Positions 16,207-25,121 of a stretch of 64,000 nt of DNA are shown here, piece after piece (the first letter of the stretch is position 1; every line of letters starts with the position of its first letter). The stretch lies in the sequence record OK905446.1, one strand, 5' to 3'. A program made the position numbers and the translations under genes. A model generated the notes under the pieces. It was not told the origin of the DNA, made no database searches, and saw only the letters and a program-made list of their open reading frames with translations.

Positions 16207-16232
16207 AAAAAAAGCGCCCGAAGGCGCTTTTG
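16207..16232 (-). terminator. intrinsic terminator
   Basis: GC-rich hairpin with TTCG loop on the minus strand followed by a T run. Confidence 0.75.
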
Positions 16233-16233
16233 A

Positions 16234-16539
16234 TTAGTTAAGTTTTGTCGTTACCTGAATTCGATGACGATCATTTTTCATATCGTAATCGGGAGCTTTA
16301 CGGTCTTGAAGCAATGAACCTAGAACGGTCGTGTAATGCTTCGACGTTTTTGTAATGCTTGAGTACACACCGCCCGGTACAGTTGGGTCGTTGTATACTT
16401 TGATGTTAACAATTTCACCTTCTTCTAGAAGAAGCTCAACGGGAGTTTGCTTATCTTCAGTCGAATACCAGTGTTTGACTAGCTTGTTGAAATTGCCGAT
16501 GTCGATTATTTTGACTGTCTTGTTGTCAATAAGTTTCAT
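16234..16539 (-). CDS. hypothetical protein
   Basis: TAATG coupling to phoH. Confidence 0.75.
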   Translation of the reverse strand: MKLIDNKTVKIIDIGNFNKLVKHWYSTEDKQTPVELLLEEGEIVNIKVYNDPTVPGGVYSSITKTSKHYTTVLGSLLQDRKAPDYDMKNDRHRIQVTTKLN

Positions 16540-17246
16540 TAATAATCTGCCTTGTCGATGATGTCAAGAGCAAGCTTACACGCACCAGAACGTACAACGT
16601 CGTTGTTCGTGAATTCAATGATCTCGATACCTGCACGCTGTTGCGTACGAATTTCGTTAACCATCCACGCTAGACCACTAACTTCTTTCTGACCAGTACG
16701 ATAGATCATCTTATGGTCGTCTTGTTTCAAGTCGCCACAGAAGACCATTTTCGTATTCTCACCGATACGAGTCATGATAGTCTGAATTTCAGTCTTGGTT
16801 AAGTTCTGAGCTTCGTCAACGACAATAAAGCAGTTGTCGAAAGTCTTACCGCGAACGAACTGAATAGGTTCAGCGTGAATGCGCTTGTTCCAGTCGCATT
16901 TGAATTTGTCTGCGCCTAGTCGGTCTTTCAATGGCTGAGTCACAGTTTGAATCCACGGTTCCATTTTCTCTTCAAGCGTACCCGGCAAGTAACCAAGTTC
17001 TTCGCCGCATGAAAGTGTTGGCTTCAAGATAATGAATTGAGTGTATTCGAATGCAGAATACATGTCTGCGCCTAGGGTAGTTGCAAGCCACGTCTTACCG
17101 GTACCCGCTGAACCAATCGCAAACACGAATGCGCCTGAACCGTCTTCTGCTACTTCTTCCCACAATGCTTCAGCGTATTGCTCTTGGTTGAAAGTCAGCA
17201 ACTCGACACGTTCAATTGTGCGTTCTTCTTTCTTCTTTTTGCCCAT
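16539..17246 (-). CDS. phoH: PhoH-family ATPase
   Basis: GSAGTGKT Walker A, LGYLPGTLEEK, RGKTF, DEAQN, CGDLKQ. Confidence 0.95.
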   Translation of the reverse strand: MGKKKKEERTIERVELLTFNQEQYAEALWEEVAEDGSGAFVFAIGSAGTGKTWLATTLGADMYSAFEYTQFIILKPTLSCGEELGYLPGTLEEKMEPWIQTVTQPLKDRLGADKFKCDWNKRIHAEPIQFVRGKTFDNCFIVVDEAQNLTKTEIQTIMTRIGENTKMVFCGDLKQDDHKMIYRTGQKEVSGLAWMVNEIRTQQRAGIEIIEFTNNDVVRSGACKLALDIIDKADY

Positions 17247-17310
17247 GTAATAGACCTTTTGTTGTGTTGTTTGACAAATTTATAGTAACTGCAATATGAC
17301 GGCAGATAAA

Positions 17311-17796
17311 CTAAAGTTTTCTGCGAATTACGTCTTTTGAGTCAATGAAGCCTTCTTTCGGCGACCAGCATTGAACTTCTTCGCTGTTACGTACGTCTAT
17401 GTGAACCCACGACATTGCCGATCCGTCTGCAAGTGGCCCGCATTCAATGAATTTCACATAAGGGAATTCGTCTGGGTTCTCTAAGATGTATTTACGTACA
17501 TCTGCTGCACTATGATTTCTGAATTTGCAATCGGCTGCTCGACCGTATTTGTGCTGAGAACGACTTGAAAGATACTTTGCCGTCGATCCATAGAAGTTTT
17601 CGTCTCTGAAACCGCTGTATTTGAACGATCCGCCCCAACTCCAATCGTTTATGGTGCAGGGACCAAAGCGTGCTCTGAGAGCGTCTAGCGTGCGTAATAG
17701 ACGGTCATCGAAAAGAGCCCAACACTGTTCGCCGTATGCAGCGTGCATTTGTGGCGTAACTAGCTCTTTAATTGAGAAATGTTTGCATTTATACAT
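17311..17796 (-). CDS. peptidase M15A-family endolysin-like protein
   Basis: SGFR, SQHKYGRAAD, WVHIDVR zinc-binding motifs. Confidence 0.85.
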   Translation of the reverse strand: MYKCKHFSIKELVTPQMHAAYGEQCWALFDDRLLRTLDALRARFGPCTINDWSWGGSFKYSGFRDENFYGSTAKYLSSRSQHKYGRAADCKFRNHSAADVRKYILENPDEFPYVKFIECGPLADGSAMSWVHIDVRNSEEVQCWSPKEGFIDSKDVIRRKL

Positions 17797-17837
17797 GATT
17801 CAGTCCTAAAAAAGGGAGCGTTATTGCTCCCTAGTAT

Positions 17838-18953
17838 TTAGTCCCAATCGTCGTCTTCATCTTCATCTTCTTCATATTCGTCTTTGAGGTCATCCCAAAG
17901 CCCTTCGAAGTGTGCAATGAATTTCTCTGGTTTGTATTGATCCCAGTAATCGAATGAACGATGGTTTACCGATTCTGTGCGCATTTCTGACATATCAAAT
18001 TCGCCGTCCATTTCCCAATAAATTTCTGGCATAGACTCTTCGATAACGTCACCGTCAGCGAATATGAAATTGAAATGACTGGCAGGAATACGACCTTTGT
18101 ATCCGAAGATACCGACGCGAGTACTCAACTTGTCTAGTCTCTTGCCAAATCGTTGATGCATATCATCGTATTTGCTACCGTCACCGCGATAATTTGGTAA
18201 CTGATAGAAAATGTCTGAGTAGCCAAGTTCCATTGCTTGATCTGAATCAGCACCCATTGTATCAATTACAACGTCGTAGTCTGACACGAGCTTACTTTCA
18301 TCTGGGATGCGTAGCTCAATAATCACTGGGAACGAGTTGTTTTTGTTCGCTGAGTGAGTCGCGTGGAACATTGCTTTATCAAGTTCAGTTGTGATGAAAA
18401 CTTTGTCTTGATGCTCAATGTTATCAAATTGAGTTTCGCCTGGGTTTGGTTTCAAGCCGAACTTTAGCATAGACTCGATGAATGTAGTCGATGTGCCGTG
18501 ATAGAACGTTTTCTGTGCCAGCTTCTTGTTAAATTCATAACGACTGGTCTCGAAATCGTGTTCAACTTCATCGTAATCTGGGTTGAATGATTGCGTGCGA
18601 CGTGTAACGCCGTTCAGATTAAGAGCTTTAATCGTCTTACGAAGCGTGTCCGACGTTACAGACGGGCGGTAAGACGAGTTGCCTATCATGTCTAATCTGC
18701 CGTTCTCAATCGTCGCGTATACCGCTTGTGCCCCTTCTTCGTACCACTGATCAACGTCGTATTCTTCGTCGAAGTCTGTACCTAGCTCACGATTGATGAA
18801 TGGAGCAAGACGTTCGAACTCCCTATCGTTGTTCCACACCCAAATATTCTTGCCGTTAGCAAGCACCTTTGAACCGTTTCGTGGTCGACCGCCACGAATG
18901 AAGACTTCAGTAACTAGCTGAAGCTCTTCCATAAAAGATTTTAGATTTTTCAT
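17838..18953 (-). CDS. ADP-ribosyltransferase-fold protein (KptA/PARP-like), putatively virion-packaged
   Basis: FYHGTS...KFGLKP...VFITT...VIIEL core; N-terminus MKNLKSFMEELQLVTEVF; AATAAATA at 18975-18982. Confidence 0.6.
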   Translation of the reverse strand: MKNLKSFMEELQLVTEVFIRGGRPRNGSKVLANGKNIWVWNNDREFERLAPFINRELGTDFDEEYDVDQWYEEGAQAVYATIENGRLDMIGNSSYRPSVTSDTLRKTIKALNLNGVTRRTQSFNPDYDEVEHDFETSRYEFNKKLAQKTFYHGTSTTFIESMLKFGLKPNPGETQFDNIEHQDKVFITTELDKAMFHATHSANKNNSFPVIIELRIPDESKLVSDYDVVIDTMGADSDQAMELGYSDIFYQLPNYRGDGSKYDDMHQRFGKRLDKLSTRVGIFGYKGRIPASHFNFIFADGDVIEESMPEIYWEMDGEFDMSEMRTESVNHRSFDYWDQYKPEKFIAHFEGLWDDLKDEYEEDEDEDDDWD

Positions 18954-19068
18954 TGTCTTCCCTCAGTTTACTTTTATTTATTACAAACCTAAAAAAGCCC
19001 CGTAAATAATGTTACTATTTGCGAACATTAACGGGGCTTTTTGGTGATTATGTTACTTATCTAGAACA

Positions 19069-19341
19069 TTACGCAGTGAATTCTTCAACTCGCTTCGCAA
19101 CACGTTCTGCACGATCTTTTGATTTCGCGTGAACGTCGTTCTGTGCTGCAAGTTCTTGCGCACGACGCTCGGCTTCTTCACGAACTCGAACTGTTTCAGC
19201 TTCATTTGCTGAGATTTGTTCTTGGTCGAACTGAGCACGTGCGCGAAGTTCATTCGCTTTTTTGTTCATGTCGTCAAGAATGTCTTCAGTTGGACGTGGA
19301 GTGTTGGTGAAGATTGCTACGATTTTTTGAAAGAATGTCAT
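19069..19341 (-). CDS. coiled-coil hypothetical protein
   Basis: Likely start MTFFQK after GAG-rich RBS. Confidence 0.7.
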   Translation of the reverse strand: MTFFQKIVAIFTNTPRPTEDILDDMNKKANELRARAQFDQEQISANEAETVRVREEAERRAQELAAQNDVHAKSKDRAERVAKRVEEFTA

Positions 19342-19348
19342 GTTTTTC

Positions 19349-19618
19349 TCACTTATTGTTGAGGCGTTTAAAGCCTTTGATGATATACTCACGATATTTG
19401 AATTCGAGTGTGTTTGACCACAAGTCGATACCGTTATTTTGAATTTGTTCAGTCACAACAACAACCCGATTTGGATCGCATTGTAGACCATCATTTAACA
19501 GCACTTTGTACTGTGTAAACCCTGTTACGATGCACGGTTCGACGCATAATCTTTCTTTAGAAAGACGAAACACAATATCTTTCATTTCGATTACATTGCC
19601 GAGTACGTCTTTATGCAT
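19349..19618 (-). CDS. hypothetical protein
   Basis: Start MHKDV overlaps the upstream stop. Confidence 0.6.
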   Translation of the reverse strand: MHKDVLGNVIEMKDIVFRLSKERLCVEPCIVTGFTQYKVLLNDGLQCDPNRVVVVTEQIQNNGIDLWSNTLEFKYREYIIKGFKRLNNK

Positions 19619-19910
19619 CTTTGAAGTCTTCCCATTGTGGGCGAGGGACAACATCTTTGCCGAAGTTGGGACCGCTAAACATATGGCGACACCACGCTTC
19701 GTAAATCAGACTTCTTCGCTCACTAGTAATTCTAGACTTCAGTTGCGACAACTCGCGATTTCCACGAACCCAAACTTTGTGATCATCACTGAATTCATAA
19801 AACCAATCAAATCCAGCACAGTCGTGAAAGAATTGATGATCGTCAGATTCAGGGATGAACTTAGGTTTAGATGGCGGAAAAGGTAAACTTGGTGATACCT
19901 CAATCGTCAT
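19611..19910 (-). CDS. conserved phage hypothetical protein
   Basis: FDWFYEFSDDHKVW motif. Confidence 0.7.
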   Translation of the reverse strand: MTIEVSPSLPFPPSKPKFIPESDDHQFFHDCAGFDWFYEFSDDHKVWVRGNRELSQLKSRITSERRSLIYEAWCRHMFSGPNFGKDVVPRPQWEDFKDA

Positions 19911-20055
19911 AGGCTTTCCCTTTGTGTTTCATTTTGCGTTTAGTCAAACGCTTCGACTTCTTCTTTCTATCTTCTTCAACTGAAGCATGATTGAAAGTGT
20001 TCATATGCTTCGCAACGAAGTTCTGAGGCTTGCTGCTTTGCTTATTCTTAGACAT
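19900..20055 (-). CDS. small basic hypothetical protein
   Basis: NFVAKHMNTFNHASV...RKMKHK; GGAG RBS before MSKNK. Confidence 0.6.
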   Translation of the reverse strand: MSKNKQSSKPQNFVAKHMNTFNHASVEEDRKKKSKRLTKRKMKHKGKAYDD

Positions 20056-20122
20056 TTTAGATTCTCCAGTTTGTTTGTCGATTCGCAGTTGATTATACAC
20101 GAATCGACAATCTTATCAACTA

Positions 20123-20389
20123 CTATTTAGCGTTTTTTCGCAATTTGTAGTTTTTGTACAGCGCGGTGCCGCTGATGTAAATCCAGAATAGCTCAATCAT
20201 GAAGCTACCTAGGTTAAAGTTGATCAGCAAGCTAATCGTAAGTAGTATAGCACCCGACATATTAGTCCACAAGTACTTATCATCGGTAGGCTTGAATTTT
20301 TCACTCGTCACCATCCAGAATGCTAGACAGATTAGAATCATACCGATAGTACCAACAACGTGACCAAAAAGAATCATAATATTTCTCAC
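20123..20389 (-). CDS. CBU_0592-like small membrane protein
   Basis: Three hydrophobic helices, YLWTNMSGAILLTISL...IELFWIYIS. Confidence 0.6.
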   Translation of the reverse strand: MRNIMILFGHVVGTIGMILICLAFWMVTSEKFKPTDDKYLWTNMSGAILLTISLLINFNLGSFMIELFWIYISGTALYKNYKLRKNAK

Positions 20390-20412
20390 TTCAAAAGGAA
20401 TTAAAAGGGCAC

Positions 20413-21294
20413 TTACGTGCCCACTGCATTACCCCAAATCCATACGTGAACACGTACAGAAACGTTGTAACCACGCTCCAATGCTTTCCCTGCGATTGAA
20501 GCCATGTAACCTTGCTGCTCTTGCTCTTCTTGAGTAGCGCCGCATGGCATAATATAAACCGGTACATCGTGTAATCGGCGTTTTGCTTTGAACTGTGCTA
20601 CCACAGCGTCAAGCTCTTCCCAACAATCTTCAGTATCTACGACGACGGGTTTTAACCAGACGTTGCCGATTTGAGCATATTCGTTAACAACTTCAGGCTT
20701 TATTGCCTTTTCAGGAACTTCGCCTGTTACATTGAATAACTTCGCTGATACGCTGAAGTTTAATGTAACTGATTGCAGCGCATTCCAGTTAATTAACGCC
20801 CACTGTTCTCTGAAGTTGGGCTTGAACTTTTGTGTGCCGTTCGTTTCAATTGTGATGTTCTTTGGGAAATTGTCGATTGAAACAAAGTACTTCATCATTT
20901 CGATGATATTTGCTTGATTCATCAACGGCTCACCGCCAGTAATCACCCAGTGAATATCTCCCCATACTCGATTAGGCAGTTTGTCAAGCATTGCTTCGCA
21001 CACGTCTGAAACTTCAGACTTTGAAGCAAGATGAGCATACTTTTTAGCCCACGTGTATGAAGAGTCACAGCCACGAGTCCATACAGGTAGTTCTTCAACT
21101 GAATTCACGTTGTTAGCTTTCGGATCATAGTCTTTGAAGTCTAATACCCATGTATCTTTGTTCGTTGGATCTTCTTGACCGAAGCCGTGACATTCAAGAT
21201 TACAGCCCCAGAAGCGAAAGAATAAACTAGCGTGACCAGTGTATTTGCCTTCGCCTTGAATGCTGTAGAACATTTCTGTCCATTTTACCTGCAT
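20413..21294 (-). CDS. queE: 7-carboxy-7-deazaguanine synthase QueE (radical SAM)
   Basis: EMFYSIQGEGKYTG, FRFWGCNLECHGF...CDSSY, ITGGEPL, IETNGT, VRVHVWIWG. Confidence 0.85.
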   Translation of the reverse strand: MQVKWTEMFYSIQGEGKYTGHASLFFRFWGCNLECHGFGQEDPTNKDTWVLDFKDYDPKANNVNSVEELPVWTRGCDSSYTWAKKYAHLASKSEVSDVCEAMLDKLPNRVWGDIHWVITGGEPLMNQANIIEMMKYFVSIDNFPKNITIETNGTQKFKPNFREQWALINWNALQSVTLNFSVSAKLFNVTGEVPEKAIKPEVVNEYAQIGNVWLKPVVVDTEDCWEELDAVVAQFKAKRRLHDVPVYIMPCGATQEEQEQQGYMASIAGKALERGYNVSVRVHVWIWGNAVGT

Positions 21295-21303
21295 ATTTGC
21301 ACC

Positions 21304-21546
21304 TTACTCTGTTGGGTTCCATACGTACAAAGGCGTTTTCTTATTACCTTTGAATTCACTGTAACCAGTCGGTATTTCACCGACTCGATTAGCTTGTCTG
21401 GCTTGTGATTTTGATTTGTATAGATCAAGATGACATACCAAGTCAGTAAGATTGAAAGTGCCAGGCACTTTCAATACTTCCTCGTCGGCAAATAACGTCT
21501 CTTGATCAGTCGGCAAAATATTGCCGTTCTCAACGATGATGTTCAT
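21304..21546 (-). CDS. small protein, possibly S4-like RNA-binding
   Basis: LTDLVCHLDLYKSKSQARQA...GNKK resembles the TyrRS C-terminal S4 motif. Confidence 0.5.
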   Translation of the reverse strand: MNIIVENGNILPTDQETLFADEEVLKVPGTFNLTDLVCHLDLYKSKSQARQANRVGEIPTGYSEFKGNKKTPLYVWNPTE

Positions 21547-22832
21547 TATATTGCCTTAATGTCTTTTATAAACTCTTTCTGTGCAGTTGTTTTCTGCCAG
21601 TAAGATAGTTCTTTCGTTGCTGCTTCAGCGTCTTTCTCAAGACGAGCAATCTCATCGTCTGTCATTTTGTCGACCGACATATTTAGAAGCTCTGTCACGT
21701 GTTCGCTGAATGCTTCATCGGCTTTAAGCTCTGCTGCAACTTCAGCACGCTTCTTACCGAACAAGACTATTGTACCAGAAACAACGCGCTTGATAAACTC
21801 AACTTTTGCAATTGCAAGTGAAGCACGATTCTGTGTGCGCTCTGTAGAGTCTTGAATACGTTTAGGTAAGAAAGACATGCGAAAGTCAACAAACCACTTC
21901 ACAAGTTCTCTCACGTCGTCAAAATGACGAATCTGATAGTTCTCGTCGATTACGTTAATGTTCTGAGTAAATGTCGTTTGCAGCTTGAGCGTCTTGATGA
22001 CTGACTCTTCAGACATCTTAGCACCACGCTTAAAGCGAACACGAAACTGAAACGTCTCGCTCGTCTCATCAACATAGCTACTGATTTTACCCTTTTCTAC
22101 GAGTTTGTCAAGTTCTAAAATGTATTTCGCGTGATCAAATCCCGTTGGGATTTCAGTAACAACCGCCGTAAGACCACTGATTTCAACTGTACCAATTTGA
22201 GCATACTTGTTGTGTTCAATCTTTTCGATTTTACCGTAGAACTCAGGGAACTTGACAACTGGTTCGCTCAATTCTTTGCCTGCTAGATGTTCAAGAACAG
22301 CTTTCTTAACCCATGCAGGGTCATGCGGTAGAATATTACAAGCGAAACCCGTTGCAATACCTTGAATACCGTTCATGAGAACCATCGGCAAAACAGGTAC
22401 GTAAAACTGTGGCGGTACGTGTTCAACGTCTTTGTGCTCTGGTGACAAGTGAATGTCTTTGAAGTACAGATTGAAGTTATCGTGTAGCTTCGCATAGACG
22501 TAACGAGCAGATGCAGATTCTTTAACCATTCGCGAACCGAAGTTACCGCGACCTTGAACAATCGGTACGTTGTTCGTCCATTCTGCTGCCATTAGTGCTA
22601 GAGCGTCTTGTGCCGAAGTCTCGCCGTGGTTGTAACCAATCTTTGACACTGAGCTACCTAATGCAGCAACCTTGTCAAAACTCGTTGCAGCGTCTTTTAA
22701 GACGTTGTAGAGAACGAAACGCTGAACGGGCTTGAGTCCATCAATCCCGTTTGCCATTGCTCGATTCTCGATTGTGTACATAGCGTATTCTAACGCTTCA
22801 TCATTAACGATACTTGATAGTGTACGTTGCAT
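21546..22832 (-). CDS. 52: DNA topoisomerase II medium subunit (gp52, GyrA-like)
   Basis: DGLKPVQR, YNHGETS, GNFGS, SARY active-site Tyr. Confidence 0.97.
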   Translation of the reverse strand: MQRTLSSIVNDEALEYAMYTIENRAMANGIDGLKPVQRFVLYNVLKDAATSFDKVAALGSSVSKIGYNHGETSAQDALALMAAEWTNNVPIVQGRGNFGSRMVKESASARYVYAKLHDNFNLYFKDIHLSPEHKDVEHVPPQFYVPVLPMVLMNGIQGIATGFACNILPHDPAWVKKAVLEHLAGKELSEPVVKFPEFYGKIEKIEHNKYAQIGTVEISGLTAVVTEIPTGFDHAKYILELDKLVEKGKISSYVDETSETFQFRVRFKRGAKMSEESVIKTLKLQTTFTQNINVIDENYQIRHFDDVRELVKWFVDFRMSFLPKRIQDSTERTQNRASLAIAKVEFIKRVVSGTIVLFGKKRAEVAAELKADEAFSEHVTELLNMSVDKMTDDEIARLEKDAEAATKELSYWQKTTAQKEFIKDIKAI

Positions 22833-22877
22833 ATTACCCTCAAATGAAAATCGGGGCTTTGCAGCCCCTCAAAGAGT

Positions 22878-23882
22878 TTATTTACGCTTCTTAGATAGCA
22901 TTGTCATCTTAGCAAGCATTTCCCATTTAGTCGGTGATGTTAGCATCATATCAGCAATGTGTAAACATGTACGAAGAGATAGAGTACGCAGTTCAAGCAT
23001 GTGATTTTCGATCCAAACTAGCATTTCAGTGATTTGTGAGCCGTTTAGACCAAGGTCTTCTAGCATAGTAGTTGCAGTAACAACTTGCTTGATGCGAACC
23101 ATGATTTCTTCTTTCGTGTGAACACCAAGGTCAAGGTAGATGCTACGTGAAATCAGTGCGCTGAAGTGAGGTGATAGCTTAGTGTTTGCATCAAGTTCAC
23201 GGTCGAAATCTTTGTTAGAGATAAAGATTACAGTGCCTTCAAACAAGAATTCTTGTTCAATACCTTGCTCTTCTAGGTAAGTGCTTGCTTTGTTCCAAGA
23301 AACCCAACGCTCTTCACCAGTGTCTAGAGCAGCTTTCAAGATGTTTAGTTGATCTTCATCTTTGAAAACGTCTACGTCATCTAGAAGAAGAACTGAACCT
23401 TCGTGACGACATTCCCACAGTTTAGTGAACAGACCAATACCAGAACATGTACCAGCAACTTTCTTGAATTCGATGTCGCCGCGCTCTTGTGCGTTGTTCA
23501 GTTCACGCTCAAGCGTGAATGTTTTACCAACACCTGCTGCACCTGAAATGATAAGAGACTTAACATGACCCGCGATTGCACCTACAGTGAAGATGTCCAT
23601 TGCTTCGAACGCTTCAGTGATACGAGCTTGAATTTGCTCTTCTGATTCAGCTTCAATTACAGGCGCTAGTGCAGGCACTGCTGTTTGTGATGCGTCAGCT
23701 TCATCTACGTATTGTACGTCTTCTTTGTTAACACGAATCGTACGGACTGCACCGTCAAGCATGATTTTCATACGACCATTTTTTGGTGCTGCGTCTGAGC
23801 TATTCCAAACTTTCTCGATTAGAGTGAAAGTGCCGTTGATTTCAGTGTTGCGGTAAAGTGCGTTGGTGATGATAGCTTGCAT
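22878..23882 (-). CDS. nrdC.10: AAA-type ATPase, T4 NrdC.10 homologue
   Basis: SLIISGAAGVGKT, LLLDDVDVF, KAALDTGE, SRSIYLDLGVHT. Confidence 0.9.
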   Translation of the reverse strand: MQAIITNALYRNTEINGTFTLIEKVWNSSDAAPKNGRMKIMLDGAVRTIRVNKEDVQYVDEADASQTAVPALAPVIEAESEEQIQARITEAFEAMDIFTVGAIAGHVKSLIISGAAGVGKTFTLERELNNAQERGDIEFKKVAGTCSGIGLFTKLWECRHEGSVLLLDDVDVFKDEDQLNILKAALDTGEERWVSWNKASTYLEEQGIEQEFLFEGTVIFISNKDFDRELDANTKLSPHFSALISRSIYLDLGVHTKEEIMVRIKQVVTATTMLEDLGLNGSQITEMLVWIENHMLELRTLSLRTCLHIADMMLTSPTKWEMLAKMTMLSKKRK

Positions 23883-23919
23883 ATTTTCTCTCTTTTAAGT
23901 TAAGTCGTTTGAGATTCTG

Positions 23920-23976
23920 TATCTCGTTTCGATGTAGCTATAATAGGCAATTACTAATCACCACGCAACCACTTTT
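23920..23976 (-). promoter_or_regulatory. early promoter cassette
   Basis: TTGCGT-N17-TATTAT followed by the leader AGCTACATCGAAACGAG. Confidence 0.8.
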
Positions 23977-23992
23977 TTCATTTTTTTTAAAT

Positions 23993-24208
23993 TTATTTCC
24001 AATCAGTGTCATTGCCGACACGAATCAGACTTTGACGCTTCTTACAGTGCTTGCATTCACGCTTGCCGCCTTTTGTATATTCCCATGAGTGCCAACCGAA
24101 CACACAGAAGATTTTCAAAAGCCATTGATTGTTAGCTACAATCGCCCATGCAGTTGCCCCAAGTAGTATACTTCCCATTATAAACCTCTCATTAGTTGTG
24201 ATTTGCAA
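23993..24208 (-). CDS. small membrane protein with Cys/His motif
   Basis: TM helix, then CVFGWHSW...CKHC. Confidence 0.65.
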   Translation of the reverse strand: MQITTNERFIMGSILLGATAWAIVANNQWLLKIFCVFGWHSWEYTKGGKRECKHCKKRQSLIRVGNDTDWK

Positions 24209-24756
24209 GTTTTCAGCTTGCGCATAGTCGTGATGATTTTATTTGCGTAATTTTCAGCACGTGGCTCCCATTCTTTACCTTTGTAAAACCCGCCATTATA
24301 GCTTGCATAGATTTCACGCCAGTTGTTGTTACCGCGAATCTTTTTCCAGTATTGTAGTTCTTCTACAGCTAATTGTACTGAAACTGTGCGGTCGGTTAGA
24401 AGTATAGTCTTGACATCTTCAGGGTTATCAAGATCGTACGCACCGAAATCTCTACCAGCTTCTTGCCAACGCTTCAGACGTGTTGTAGCAGTCTTGATGT
24501 TGTTTTGCATTAAACCGTAGTCTTTGGTTCGATTGTTAATCATTTGCAACCCAGCACTTGATTCAACAATTGTAATCGACGCTAATGACCAACTCAAGTC
24601 ATTGTACCACCCGTTTAAAAAGACTGCACGCACATTGTGCCATTGTTTCTCGGACAGTTCTTGACCGTTGAATTTAACGTTGCATTGTGTACTAGCAGAT
24701 GCATTGAACGCGCAAACTGCTAGAAGCAGCGTAATTAGCTTTTTCATTTTTCTCAC
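24178..24756 (-). CDS. vs.1: secreted lytic transglycosylase-like protein, T4 Vs.1 homologue
   Basis: Signal peptide, VESSAG, YGLMQNN, ASYNGG. Confidence 0.85.
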   Translation of the reverse strand: MRKMKKLITLLLAVCAFNASASTQCNVKFNGQELSEKQWHNVRAVFLNGWYNDLSWSLASITIVESSAGLQMINNRTKDYGLMQNNIKTATTRLKRWQEAGRDFGAYDLDNPEDVKTILLTDRTVSVQLAVEELQYWKKIRGNNNWREIYASYNGGFYKGKEWEPRAENYANKIITTMRKLKTCKSQLMRGL

Positions 24757-24820
24757 TCATGTCGATTCAGCAATCACAGAATACAAAAAAGGGCTGACTA
24801 CTGTCAACCCTTTTCTTTAA

Positions 24821-25120
24821 TTATTTTATTCTAGCATCCCATCGGGACTCTTCAATAGAATGAATCTTTGCTTTGAAGTCGTCAAATCCGCCGATGTGAA
24901 CACCGTCAAAGAATACTTGCGGTAAAGTTTTTAGCTCTTTACCTAGTTCATGCATACGACGTTCAAGTTCTTCGCGATTGTGTGCATGTGATTCTGTGAT
25001 TTTTTCTTTTGCAAGCGGGATGAAGTCAAAGATCATGCCGCGAGTCTCAGCTAGTCGTTTTGCTTTTAAGCAAGGAACGCAGCGAAAATCGCTTTCGTCC
25101 CAACCAAATATTTCTACCAA
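24821..25120 (-). CDS. nrdC: glutaredoxin NrdC
   Basis: CVPC, LPQVF, HIGGFDD. Confidence 0.92.
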   Translation of the reverse strand: MVEIFGWDESDFRCVPCLKAKRLAETRGMIFDFIPLAKEKITESHAHNREELERRMHELGKELKTLPQVFFDGVHIGGFDDFKAKIHSIEESRWDARIK

Positions 25121-25121
25121 A

